From Basidiobolus meristosporus CBS 931.73 (taxonomy: Eukaryota > Fungi > Basidiobolomycota), in assembly GCA_002104905.1 (NCBI GenBank), contig MCFE01000411.1:1-64000 (forward strand): a stretch of DNA of 64,000 nt. Reading direction: 5' to 3'. The position numbers and the translations under genes are program-made. Of this stretch, positions 49,405 to 62,802 are shown one piece after another; positions within the stretch are counted from its first letter, which is position 1, and every line of letters begins with the position of its first letter. The notes under the pieces are model-generated. The model was given only the letters and a program-made list of their open reading frames with translations, did no database searches and had not been told where the DNA came from.

Positions 49405-50137
49405 ATACTTGTTCCATTGGATAGTGCCACATTGCGCCATGAGTGCCAAATGATGCCATAGTGTGCCAGGCTGAGCCTAAGTGAACCCATATTTGGTCAC
49501 AGAGTGTGACACATAGTTCTTCTTCTTCATGCAAAGCCACCCTGGTGTTTCACCCATTATGCTGGAGAAAATCCATCTTTTGACCTTTTTTTTGGATCAA
49601 AGTTGTGCAGGATGTGTAAAAGCTCTACAGGATTGAAGACATGCATCTGGTGCTCAATACCCATGGCACTGTGAATCTAGCTCCTGTGGCTTGTATCATG
49701 TCACAAAAATGAATGGCACTATCTTGGTCCACTGATACAATCTGGCTTTATACTTAAATATCAGCTCTGAAGTAAAACCTTTACAAAGCACTTATAGTGC
49801 CAGATAGTACCAGTGGAACAAGATAGTGCCAAGCATTTTTGAGACATAATACAAGCAACTGGAGCTAGGTTCAGAGTGCCATGGGTTTTGCATACCAGAT
49901 GCATGTCTTCAGTTCTTCCCTGCTCTTACACAACATGCACAATGTTGATGCAAAAATAGGTTAAATAATTGATTTTCTCCAGCAAAATGGGTGAAACACA
50001 GGGGTTGCTTTGTACAAAGATGAAGAGCTATATTTGAGACTCTATGGCCAGGTTTTGGTCTGCTATTCCTCTCTGGCACACAATGGCACTATTTATCACT
50101 CACAGCTCAAAGTGACATTCTCCAACAGAACAAGTCT
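49405..50137. mobile_element. Foldback palindromic element, copy 3 (733 bp, older)
   Basis: ATACTTGTTC...GAACAAGTCT, TSD ATT/ATT; empty site matches GAGATTGTGTAA near 43788. Confidence 0.88.
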
Positions 50138-52084
50138 ATTGCGTAAACCCTATAAAAGAAAGTTCCAAGATGCTGCATAATAATTGTCTCCTGATAAGAT
50201 CTTGCCAGCTGCTCTATGTAGGATCCACTTGCAGGACCAAGTTATTCTTAATAAGTGGACTATTGACCCTGCACACAATCTTATGATGGGATGTTGATGG
50301 CATTTTGCTGATTCTACTGTCAAATAAAGTACAAACTTGACAGTGTTTTTTCAGTCTTTTGACAAGAACTGCATGGCATTCCAACAGTCTTAATGCACTT
50401 TGCATTTATTTGGGTGGACCCAGCTGACCAATACATCCAACACCTTGTATGGCAAGAAACTTGATGGTGTTTTGATGGCCTCATTACATACCTGTACTGA
50501 CACTATATTGGTAGTACAGTGGCCTACAGCTAGTTCTGCATAATGCTACCATACCAATTTACCAAATGGAATTTCCTTTTCCTTCATCCTCTTGTGTTAT
50601 TCATGTATTCCACTGCAGAATCACCCCTCATTGTTTGCATATCCAATACTACCTTGGGTGATCTACATGCAGTTTGAATCAAACAAAGCTATGGCCTCCT
50701 GCTCACTAACCTCTACCAAATGCACACCTGCTACAATTTACACACTTCTATCACATAAACAATATGGCTTTTTAGTGTGATACTTGCAAAGTTGCCATAT
50801 ATCTTGTATGGTAGGTAGCATATACAATGTACAAACATATGCTTGGTTGCCACCACTTTTGCCAAGACTAACTCCTGAATATCTGCAAAGAGCTTCTTAG
50901 TGTTTAGTCAATATATGCATTCCCCCCGCTGACTTTTAATCCCCATTATAGGTGCACTCTGACTCTTATTTGTATGGATTCTGTAGTGAATTGTGTAGAT
51001 ATTGGCTTGTGGCCAAGAGAAAGCTAGCGTATTTTGGTAAAGTTGTGCTAATAAAAATTAGTTGCTTGTTGTGCACAACCCAATACTCTATGAAAAATAA
51101 TTTGGTCCTACAGGTGGATCCAATCTGGATCAGCTATAAGGATCCCATATAGAGACCATCACAATACCGGCAACTTTGAATTAGTGACCCTCCTAACAAT
51201 CTTATGACAGGATCATGACAGCATTTTGCTAATTTTACAACCAAATAGAGGAATAAAACTAGATGATATTTGATTGGTGCTGTGACAATATTTGCATGGT
51301 ATTGTGGTGGTCTTTTTGGGCTCTATAGCTATTTTAAGTAGATCCAGTTGGCCAATATATCCAATGCCTTATATAGCAAGAAGCATGATGGTATGTTGAT
51401 GGCTTCACTGCAAGACTCTAATGGCATTATATTGGTAGTATGACAGTCTACTGCTGGTTCTGTATAATGCAACCGTACTAATTTACCAAATAGTATTTCC
51501 TTTATCTACATCCCCTTATGCAATTCACATATTCTACTATAGAATCACCCCACTTTATTTGCTTACCCACTACTACCTTGGGTACTCCACATATAGTTTG
51601 AATAAGAAAAAACTATGGCCTCCTGCTTACTAAGCTCTACAATGGCACACACCTGCTGCTTGACATACTTCAATCACCTCAACTTTACAGCTTTTTAGTG
51701 TGATACTTACACAGTTGCCATATACCTTCTACTGCTGGTCATATATACATACTGCAAGCATATGCTTGGTTGTTGCCACTTCTGTCATGAAAAGCTCCTG
51801 AATATCTGCAAAGAACTTCTTGGTATTTAGACAATATATTCCTTCTCCCTGTTGAGTTCTAGTCCCCGTTGTATGTGCGCTCTGGCTTTTGTTTGTGCAA
51901 ATTCCGTATTGAATGGAGCAGAAGTTGGCTTGTGACCACAAGAAATCTGGCATATCTTGGTAGAGTCATTCTAATTAAAAATTAGTTGGTTGTTGCACTT
52001 ATCCCAACTTTGCATTATTTAATTGATTACCCATGCATTGGGGCTGCCTAGCTTCTTAATGCCAAAGGCAAAGGTGTCTCCATG

Positions 52085-52454
52085 TGTTATGATCTACTGC
52101 TTGAATGTTTAAGTTAGATCAGTTTTTTAGTTAAATCAATTAGTTTTATGTTTAGCCTATCAGTACATCAGTGTTATGTATCAAATCAGTAGTATTAGTC
52201 AGCAGATAAATTGGCAGATCCTCATCAGACAGAAATAGTTATATTAAGTAGGATCTTATTGGGTGATGATGATGCAATCAAATGAGTCATCAGCTACAGC
52301 CTACATTAGGAAATACAATTTGTCAGCAAATGATCTGGCAAAATGTATTTGAGGAGCTGCTGGAACATCAATAAAAATCAGCTCAAGTTTTAGTGAATAA
52401 AATACTAGCTAAACTCCCTATTCCTCTACAACTCTTATATCAAGACTTGTAACA
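52085..52454. mobile_element. Solo LTR, family W (370 bp)
   Basis: TGTTA...TAACA with 4-bp TSD CATG/CATG; flanks rejoin to CACTA sequence homologous to ~42890-42920. Confidence 0.8.
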
Positions 52455-52660
52455 CATGTGCACATTTGTCCTCAGTATTTTCCAACTCTTTCTGGCTGTC
52501 CTCTGTGTGCCAACTCATCACATCCATGACAAATTTGAAGGTAATATTCTTGATGAGATTGTGATATGGTAGTACCTGCAACTTGACTCATCTTCCTATA
52601 TCCCCACACATCCACTCCATAGGAAACTCCCAACAGGTGAAGCAAGGCTTCAGCATCCAT

Positions 52661-53364
52661 TTAGATGACAATGTACTAAAGCTTCCAAAGTCAAAACAAC
52701 TGTAAGCTCTACCAGCAGGGACTTGATAAGAATGCAGCTGGGGTCAATGGTTACTGAGACAGAGAAGTATCTTTGCCTGTGCAAGAACAAACTTGGGAAA
52801 GAATCAAATATAAAAAAAGAAACCTACTCAGAGTATTACTGATACAAGGGATGATATACTGATAAGAGATTGCCTTCATTATATGCTTTTCTCACTAGCA
52901 AGGTGATTACTATTCATGTTGTTCCAGAAGCTTCCAAGGGTCAAATAGAAATCTTAATGCCATCAAAATGAGCTAAGAATGTTCTAAGTAGGTGCCAGTA
53001 AGTTCTAAGAGACAAAGCACACCAAAACAATCAGGAATCATTATTCTGAAACATGTGTGACATAGGGATATCATATACGGTATGAAAATGGTAGGGATGG
53101 ATGCACAGCTTGGTCATGTGTTACAGGTACTGGCAAGGGTACCTGCCTAATTGAGAAGCACGTACATCAAGTAATCTTACATAAAGTGAGGGATAACTTA
53201 TGCAATAAGGTAAGTAGATGCAATAGTCACCCAGCTCATGGGAGAGTACTGATCATGTAAGACAAATGGGATTAAACTAGTACAAGGGTGGTAGAAAAAT
53301 AGGGATGCTCAAAATATGGGAATGAGCACATCTGGCAGTGGGTGTCATTGTGACCACAATACCA
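52661..53364 (-). mobile_element. Partial LTR, family Y
   Basis: Aligns to 61601-62433 with an internal deletion. Confidence 0.7.
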
Positions 53365-54720
53365 TGCTTCCCTGTCTCTGGCCTGGGTGGACTTTTTCCC
53401 CTTTACCTTTTCCTTCATCACTGCCAGGTCTTTCACAGCTACTTTTTTGGAGTGTCTCTTTTATTGAACTACACTTTCTCCTACATAAAAGTTGCATTGA
53501 TGCATCTGTTGTGGCCTGCTTGTCCCTTGCTGGAGCTCTGCAGGCAACCTGTTGCTTCTTTCTTGCTTGTTTCATACTCTAAGCCCATACTGTCAAGGGC
53601 TCCTGAGGTAGCTGCTTGATTTTATTACTGCCAGGTCCTTCACTGCTACTGTTTCAAAGCACTTCTTGAGTAGAACTACTCTTATTCTGGGTAAATGTTG
53701 TGCTGGTGCATCTGTGTCTGCCTGCTTTTCCCTTATGGCACTCTTCTAGCTACTGGATTCCTCTATGACACTTTTTGGAGCTTTTGGCCCTGCTTGTGTA
53801 GGCTCTTGAGGAAGCTGCTGGTTTTTAGCCATTGCACCCTTGTTCTTGTGCCTTTGATAGTTTCTGCTACTCTTGAGCTACTTTTTAGCATACCAATGCT
53901 GGCCCAAGATCTGTTTGCTTGTTTGAATAAAGGATAATGCTCATGGAGCAAGTCAAGTACATTCTGCTTGGCCTTGAGTCTCTGATGGTCTTGCAGTGTG
54001 CTGGGCTTAAAGTGATGGCATGCCAGACTTCCAAAGGCCTCTTGAATATAAGCTAAGGCTCTGGTACTGGTACAAACACTATATTCTCTCCCTCCCATGC
54101 TGCAATAGGTTTTTCTGTGGGCTTCATCTTTGAGCACTGTTGTTGTGCTTTAAAACTGTATGGTGCTCCTCTACTGTTACATTGGGAAATGGCTCAATTC
54201 TTGGGTGCAACTTTGAGCTACTAGAGTTCCTTCTTTGCAGCCAAGATACTGCTTTTTCAACCTGGGATATTGATTGTGTTACACCTTTTATCCACTCATC
54301 CTGTTTCTTAACTATTTCCTGATTGCTCTGGGCCATTGCATCTATTCTATCAGCCACTGCACCTAGTTGTTTCATTAATGCCTTGGTACAAACTGACAGC
54401 ATACTTGCTAATATAGGTGGTGGTGATGTCATGACGGTCACTTGCTGGTCTTCAACTGAAAGTACCGCTTTTGCCACATTCTCATCTGCCTCAGCAATAT
54501 GGTCAGCTTGCAGCTCCACAGAGATTCCCAATTTCCTACTTGACTGAGAGCCTGAGGAGTCAACATTATTCCTTTCAATGAGCACATTGTCCACAGGGCC
54601 TTTTTTGGTTGTAGCCCTGCCTGTTGCACTGAATCTTAAAGCAAGCTGTTGTCCAACCATTCTTGTGCTGCTGTCAGCAGCTGGGTTTAGCTGAGAACCA
54701 GATAACTTGAATTATATTTT
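53365..54720 (-). pseudogene. CACTA ORF2, best-preserved copy
   Basis: ORFs 54124..54660 (178 aa) and 53763..54137. Confidence 0.65.
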
Positions 54721-54950
54721 AGCGGCCTGAATATGGAAGTGAGTCAAACCCAAAGGGAAATAGTGCTATGTACATGTGTGTATGTGGTGCCACAACTCTA
54801 TTTACAGTGACTACTATGGCAGGGCATCATTAAATTTTACATTCATGTAGGTGCAATGTCTCAAATACAAGACTGTCTTAAATTCCCATGAGTATTGACA
54901 TGAAGGTGATATGATAGCATTACATTGTTAAGTGTCAAGCAGTTTGCCCC

Positions 54951-57040
54951 ATGGACAATGCTACTTTGACTCTATGCTGTAAGAGAAGAGAAAAAAGAAC
55001 ATGTGGCAATTGTAGCAAGCCTCCCAGCCATGGCACTCACAGACAGCATTGGAGGTATTGCAAGGATCACAGCCATTGTTTTGCCACATAAGTCATATGC
55101 GACCATTCACCAATCACTACTGTACAAACAACATTGTGCTGGCCACATGATACTTCTATAATGGCATCTGACTATACTTGTAACCTTGCACAAACTGAGT
55201 TAGCAGAATTTATGATGCCTTTAGGCTGACCTCAGCTATCTGAATATGGCAAGCAGAGAGATAGCTTTGAAGAAGTAGGCACACTGATTGATTGTGAGCC
55301 TATCTTCCCTCAAAACAGTACCCTGCATGAGCCTGGCAAAATCCCTTTAATGCAATGAGAAAACACCCATGGAAAAAATGCCAAGGATACTTTATGAAGT
55401 GAAGTGAGTACAGTGATAGATCTGCTGGTGAAAGATGTAATGTTGTGGCTGGAGAAGTGGGAAATTTCCACTAATATCTGTAATGGGGGCTTTGAGAATC
55501 TACTACCACTTACTGCCAAAATCATCCCAGGATGCAAATTACCATGCACATGGTTTAATGGAAGAACATCATGCAGCTGGCAACATATGACCCTGAGATC
55601 ATCCTAATACCAGCATGTATTAACAGTTACATGGAGTTCACATCTGAAAATGCTACCATAGTAAGGTGTCCAACTTGTCAGGAATCCACCACTATTGGGG
55701 GAAAGCATTGTTCACACTCCAGGTATATTCCAGCAATACTTTATGTAAAGGAGCTCATGCAGTCCCACAAATATTTTGAAGCTATAAAGTACCACACTCA
55801 ATATTAATCAGGAGCAAGCATATCAGATATATGAGATGGCAAACATTACATACAGCCAAGAAGCATGGGATACTTTGAAGGCTTGTTTGACCATGCCTTT
55901 GCCTAGGCACTTGATGGATTCCCATTAAACAAGTTCCCTCCCAGCAAATTCTGCTGGCCACTGATTCTCATCAACTTGAATCTGCTGCCTATCTTGCAGT
56001 ATCAGTATAGAAATCTGATGGTAGTCTTACTGGTATCTGAGCCTAAGTCAACAACCAACCTAGATTGCTATCTGTATCCATTCCTTGATGAACCTTGCAT
56101 GCTTTCCAGTGGGATAACAGTAAATGGCCATCATGTAAAAGCATATATTATTTTCTGCATTGGAGATACCCCAGCCATCAGCAAGATAGCCAGCTTTTCT
56201 GTGCATAATATGTGGTATTGCTGTCAAATGTGTGAGACCCAAGTGACTTAATCCATAACGCACACAATATCATTACCCAAACACCAACATCAAGAGCTTC
56301 AAATTTCCACAGAGAGAATGTGCAGAAGTCAGCATGCAATTGCAGCAAAGTTGGCAAGCTATATGCCGTTGGCTGGAATCTTGAACTAAATAGAAACTGG
56401 ATATACTTAAGACAGTTAGTATCTGTTAGAGCAAAAGCTTCCTACTGAGAGCAATGCATTTGCTTTTCATCAGTATCCCTATACTGATGACTAAGTTGTA
56501 CATGGGACATTTCAAGCTAAATGGGCCCTTTGAGATACTGGAGAAATTTGAAAGAAGTGGCAGGATATTACCAAGTATCAGCTACCCTAAGTACTTCTCA
56601 TGGGCTCCAATCAACATCCATACGCATATGCAACAATAGAAGTGCAATGACTGGATGAACTGGATATGTATATATTTAAGTGGCCTTCTGAAGCAATTTC
56701 TACCAAGAGTACATTGAAAGCATTGGGATTCATATGTGGATATTGTAGGAATATTTTTCCAGAAGCAGATCACCAGTGGCAGCTTCACACATCTACACTT
56801 TTGAGCCAAGAGTTTGTGACAGGACTAGAGCAGCTGTACAACAAACATAAAGCTGAGCACGTAGGTCTCTGCTGCTACTGTATTTATTTGCTACTCCATT
56901 GTGCTTTGTGTGATGAGAATATTGGACCTTACTTCACCTTGTGGAGTTTTCTATGGAGCAGATGTGTAGGGAGATAGGAAGGCAAGTCAGGTTGCAGGTA
57001 CTACCATATCCTAATCTCATCAAGAATATTACCTTTGAGC
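54951..57040 (+). pseudogene. CACTA Tnp2-like transposase, uninterrupted but decayed
   Basis: MDNATLTLCCKRREKRTCGNC; ATYDPEIILIPACINSY..RCPTCQE; YDGKHY; SEPKSTTNLDCYLYPFLDE..CIGDTPAISK..HNMWYCCQMC; MHLLFISIP. Confidence 0.8.
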
Positions 57041-57439
57041 AAGGCTAATATTTTGCCATGGCACAGATCAAATATAGGTTCAGAACCTGTCAAGATTTGT
57101 GTGATTTAATTGGCTGGCTCAAAAGCTACATGCAATTCAAGTCACCATAGTAATCCTAGCAATAGAGACTTGGTATCTATATGGTTTATGTACATTTTTG
57201 ATCATAAGTCCTGAAGCACTGCTTCAAATGAGCTGCAACTTGAAACTTGTATTGGCTACTGAGCGTTCTGCATGACATAATATTCTTGAGCAGATTACTT
57301 TCAGGGTCTTGAGCCTTTGTCCCTCAAAGTTGAAAGTTCTTGATCTTTCCATTGTGTATGATGATAGCAAAATGTAAAATAAAGAGATAAGCGCAATATT
57401 AGGTTTTGAGATGTTGTAGTCACGGAATACTTTTCATTA

Positions 57440-59341
57440 CCACAGAGCACCATACAGTCTTTGAAGCACAACAACAGTGCCCAATGATAAAGTTCACAGA
57501 AAAAACTATCACAGCATGAGAGGGAAAGACTGTGATGTTTATACCCAAGCCTAAAATTTCAAAGACAATGAAGATCTGTGAAGCCATTGAGTGCAGTGAT
57601 GAACAGGGGGCTAATATATAAGAGGCTGTTAGAAGTCTAGCACAGCATCATCTTAAGGCATACCATGGGACCACCAGGAACTCAATTCCAGGCAGAATAC
57701 ACTTGAGCTTTTCCATAAGCATTATCCTAGATTCAAGCAAGCAAACAGATCTGGGGCCAGGATGGAGTGCTCAGAGAGTATCTCAAGAATAGCAGAAACT
57801 ATGAAAGGTAGAAAAACAAGGGTGCTGTGGCTAAAAAGCAGCAGCTTCCTCAATAGCTTATCACAAGAAGGGCTGTAAGCTGCAAACAAGCAGCAAAGAA
57901 ACACCAGGTAGCCAGAAGAGTGCCAGTATGGGACAGGCATGCAGAAGCAGATGTATAGGACATCATTATTGAGGACAGAACATAGTTCATTACAAGAAGA
58001 GCTCAGTTACAGTACCAGTGAAAAATATGACACTGATAATAACCCCCAACTTTCTTGGGAGCCCTTCAAAAGCAGGGCTGGGAGTTCCAAACAAGCAGCA
58101 AACAAATATCAGGTTGTCAGGTGAGTGCTGGCAAGGAACAAGCAAGCAATAACATATGCATCAGTGCAGTATTCATCAAGGAGTAAACAAAGTACAACAT
58201 AAGAAGCACTTGGTCACTGTAGCAGTGAAGGACCTGAAGTGATACAACCCATGGGTTTTTCAAAAGCCTGTGACAAGCAAGGCTGATAGTTTCAAGCCAG
58301 CAACTAAGAGACATCCAGTTTACAGGGGAGTGCTGGCAAGAGACAAAAATGGGTGCATCAGTGCATCAGTCAACAAGGAGAAAACAAATATAATACATGA
58401 AGCACTCAGTCAAAGTAGTGGTGAAAGACCTGGCAGTGATTAAGGTAGCGGTAAAGAGAAGAAGGTCTACCAAGGCCAGAGACAGGGAAGTGTCAGAAAA
58501 ATACTGCAGTTCTCACCAATTAATGCCATCAATCCAGAACAGACTGAATCCCATCATAGCCAAGAAGAATTACCAGCAAGAAAACAGCTGCTTTCTCAAT
58601 GGTTGGAAGTGCAGCCAGTTGAGCAACACTCCAGTGAGGTGGATGAGTTTGGAGAGAAAAGAATTTTGTCTACCACTTCCTGCATATCTTCCATTGTTGA
58701 CAGAGTAGGGATCCAAATGACAGACAAGCAACAATATCAAGAACTCAAAAGACTATCACAATGCCTACAGTAGAATTTTAGAACATCAATAAGCACACCA
58801 AGAGGTTGCAGCACTTCTTCAAGAGTAGAGCTCACAAAAACACACATAACTATTGCAGGGATTTATTGCCAAGACTGGCAGATAAGGTGCTAGGCCTTGC
58901 TGTACTTGCTTGTTGAGTGTGGAGTTTGGCTTAATGTTGGTGTTCAGTATAGGGACTTGCATGGGTCAATTCAATTGGCAGTCGAGGTACAACTGAAGTT
59001 TCAACGGAAATAAACAATTTGTATGCATGAGAAGTAAGAGAAACAATTGAGTCAGGAAGTAAGGAGTGTTAAAAAGAGGCAATAGCCAATCAATTCATAC
59101 AAATGTAGGAGGTAATAGAGTGTCCGGGATCTGAAAGTGGGCAAATAGCAGGGAACCAATCAAAAGCCACATATACATTGTTGTGATGAAAAATATTGCC
59201 AAGTTTTTTGTGAAATCTGAGGTGCAATTATTTTTCATTGGTCTCTAGACAGTGTCCTGACAGGATCAGTACCTCTTAGTCATGGGACTTTAACTTTTTG
59301 ATGGCCTTTTGATGGAATCATCACAATAATTTTTCATACCA
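57440..59341 (+). mobile_element. CACTA ORF2 3' half plus ORF2-side terminus
   Basis: Homologous to 34755-35700 and 24137-25056 (reverse complement); ends ACAATAATTTTTCATACC. Confidence 0.65.
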
Positions 59342-59344
59342 AGT

Positions 59345-60700
59345 CCAATCTCAAGTCCACCAATAGTCAGAGGTGAATCAGATAGAGCAACAAGATTTAC
59401 TCACTCCATAGGGCTCTATAACCATTGTTCAACCTAAATCAGTAACCAGGAGTATCCCAAAAGTGATCAATTGTGTAGTACAAGTAAGGAGATCTAACTA
59501 GAGCAGAAATAGCCTAAATTACTCTGTCAATGATGTTACAAACTTAGTCTATACTTATTCTGTCCATATTAACTAAGCCCTGACTGTAAACAGGGCCTTA
59601 AATAGCCTTCAGATAGGGTCTTGCTAATCTACAATGACTGAGAAGTACTAGGCCCTGATGGAAAATCAGAGATGGGACTTAGTCAAATTACCAATCAACC
59701 AAAAGTCAAGTGTATGCAGATTGATCCTCAGCACAAAATACAAGACTGGTAGTATAGTTGATAGAAACAAAGTAAGACTTGTGGCCAGCAAGTACTCTCA
59801 ACAAATGGACTTGACTATATTGAGACATTTACACTGATAGCCAAATTTAATTCTATCTGATTAAATTGCCTATTGCAGCTAAATACAAGTTTTTCATTCA
59901 TCCAATGAATGTTAAAGCAGCATATTGGAATAGAGGACTTGATGAGGACATGCATATGGACCAGCCTGCTGTGTTTGCTAACCAAGATGATCCCTATTTG
60001 GTCTTTAAGCTTAAAAAGTCACTATAAGGTCTCAAACAGTCACTCAGCACCTGGAATTGCTAATCTTCATTGTATTTTGAATTGCTGAGTCTCCAAAGAG
60101 GTACTGCTACTATAGTTGCTACTATGAGCCAGATAGAGACAACTCAGCTCTACTGGCTCTACATGAAGATGGTTTTATAGTTGCCAATAACCAGGTAACC
60201 TTGGAACAGATTAAATCCAGTCTATCCAAGGAGCTCAATATGTCCAATCTTGGAGATGTTGGTTACTACTTTGGGACACATTTTGCCATAGACAGAAGTG
60301 TGCAGACTATCACCCTGAGCCAGTCCAAGTATTATCAAGATACACCAAAAAATTACTAAATGGAATACTATAAACTGGCAACCACCAAAATGAAGCCCAA
60401 CCTTGAATTGGTAAAACTCAACCAAATCAAGTGAGCTTGTTGATATTTCAATGTACTGATTATCATCTTCAATCTATGGTCAGCAGTCTGATGTATAACA
60501 TGCTTGGAACATGTCCCGACATCTCATATTCAGTGGGAGTTGTCAGCTAGAATAATCAGAACTGTGGACCTGATCATATTGCTGCAGTTAAGTAGATTTT
60601 AGACACCTGCAAAGAGCTGCAGATATCTGCTTAAGGTACTCAAGTAATGCTCCAGAGCAGGAACTTGTGGTTATGCTGATGCTGATTGGGATAAGCTTAG
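59345..60700 (+). mobile_element. Copia copy 8, heavily decayed IN-end/RT/RNase H-start fragment
   Basis: Nucleotide match to 39500-40850 (e.g. GGGACTTAGTCAAATTACCAATCAACC, GATGCTGATTGGG). Confidence 0.8.
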
Positions 60701-60916
60701 ACCACAGAAGTTTTGAAATATTGGACTATTTGGTATAATTCAGCAGCTAAAAATTTACTTCCCAATTCTGGACTAGTCTTGGTCACTGTAGGACTAGCCT
60801 ACAGCCCTAACTTTGCCACTTTCTTCAGATCTACAATCCATGATTATACCGCTATAGTCAAGATTGAATTGAAACTGTTATCACTATTTCTTGAAAAGTT
60901 CCTTACAACCAAATCA

Positions 60917-62802
60917 CTTCCAAAGTCAAAACAACTGTAAACTCTACCAGCAGGGACTTAATAAGAGTGCAGTTGTGGTCAATAGTTACAAGGACAGAAA
61001 AGTATCTTTGCCTGTACAAGAACAAACTTGGGAAAGAATCAAATATAATAAAAGATACCTACTCTGAGTATTCCTCACAAGTAGTGCCTTCAAGGTCAGT
61101 TGGCTGTCAGCATGGTTTCCTGGGAGTGTCCTGCGGTCTGGGGTTGGAAGTTCAGGTAGCAGCAGGTAGCAGTGATCACACCAATCAACAAGTTGGTATA
61201 TTGATAAAAGGGATGATGATTTATTGTTGAGGGATAGCCTCCCTGATATACTTCTCTTGCTGGCTAAGTGATTACTAATCATGGTGTTCCAGAAGGTTCC
61301 AGATAACAATTGAAATCTAAATGACATCAGAATGACCTAAAAATGTTCTAAGTAGGTGCTGGTGTGGTGGTGTATAAGTCCAAGGGAGAGATACATCCAA
61401 CACTTCTCAAGTGTTTTGTGTGTGGGGTGTTCACTGGGTGCAATAACCTCTGGCAAAAGCTTGCTAGGAATACTTGGGTTCTGTCTCTAATCAAATGTGA
61501 GGGGGAATAAAGCCACAAGCTTGTCAAGGGAAAACTATTGAGCTACAATCCCCAACTTAGTTGGCGTCTTAACAAAAGTATGTGCTGGGTTCAGCGTCCT
61601 TTGAGATGACAATGTACTAAAGCTTCCAAAGTCAAAACAACTGTAAACTCCACCAGCAGGGACTTGATAAGAATGCAGCTGTGGTCAATAGTTACAAAGA
61701 CAGAAAAGTATCTTTGCCTGTACAAGAACAAACTTGGGAAAGAATCAAATATAATAAAAGATACCTACTCTGAGTATTCCTCACAGGTAGTGCCTCCAAG
61801 GTCAGTTGGCTATCAGCATGGTTTCCTGGGAGTGTCCTGTGGTCTGGGGTTGGAAGTTCAGGTAGCAGCAGGTAGCAGTGATCACACTAATCAACAAGTT
61901 GGTATATTGATAAAAGGGATGATGATTTATTGTTGAGGGATAGCCTCCCTTATATACTTTTCTCACTGGCTAAGTGATTACTAATCATGGTGTTCCAGAA
62001 GGTTCCGGATATCAATAGAAATCTTAATGACATCAGAATGACCTAAGAATGTTCTAAGTAGGTGCCGGAAGGTTCTAAGAGGCACAGCACATCCAACCAA
62101 TCAGTAATCAGTATTCTGAAACCTGTGTAACATGGGGATACCATATATGGTATGGAAATGGTAGGGATGGTGACATGGGTTGATCATGTGTCACAGGTAC
62201 TGGCGCGGGTACTTGCCTAATATAGAAGTAGTTATAGCTAGTAATCTTACATAAGGTGAGGGGCAACTTATGCAATAAGGTAAGCAGGTGTGATAGTCAA
62301 CCGGCTTATGGGATAGTACTGATTGGGTAAGACAAATGGGATAAAACTAAAATAAGTTTAGTAGAGATATAGGGAAGTAGAAAATAAGGGAATGAGCACA
62401 TCTGTCAGTGGGTGTCCCTGTCACCCCAGTACACCGGAAGGTTCTAAGAGGCACAGCACATCTAACCAATCAGGAATCAGTACTCTGAAACCTGTGTAAC
62501 ATAGGGATACCAAATATGCTACAGAAATGGTAGGGATGGTGGCATAGGCTGATCATATGTCACGGGTACTGGAATGGGTACCTGCCTAATATAAAAGCAC
62601 CTACAGCTAGTAATTTTACATCAAGTGAGGGATAACTTATTCAATAAGGTAGGCAGGTGTGATAGTCAACTGGCTTATGGGATAGTACTGATCAGGTAAG
62701 ACAAATGGGATAAAACTAAAATAAGTGTGGTAGAGATATAGGGAAGCTGAAAATATGGGATTGAGCACATCTGTTAGTGGGTGTCACCGTCACCCTGCTA
62801 CA
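60917..62802 (-). mobile_element. Family-Y LTR (host) split into 60917-61362 and 62434-62802 by a younger family-Y LTR
   Basis: The halves rejoin as GTAGGTGCCGGAAGG, the sequence seen intact at 62058-62072. Confidence 0.75.
61363..62433 (-). mobile_element. Solo LTR, family Y (1071 bp)
   Basis: TGT...ACA ends; TSD CTGG/CCGG; on the minus strand TATATAA is followed ~20 nt later by AATAAA. Confidence 0.75.

Larger units (their letters stand above)
49080..52660. mobile_element. Three transposase-side ends of the CACTA family (49080-50245 on +; 50250-51060 and 51086-52660 on -)
   Basis: Each aligns to 42890-43904; terminus CTCTATGAAAAATAATT at 51086. Confidence 0.65.

Noticed and set aside
62065-62802. 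Simple 369-bp tandem duplication
   Set aside because: Better explained by LTR-into-LTR insertion with a 4-bp TSD (see findings).
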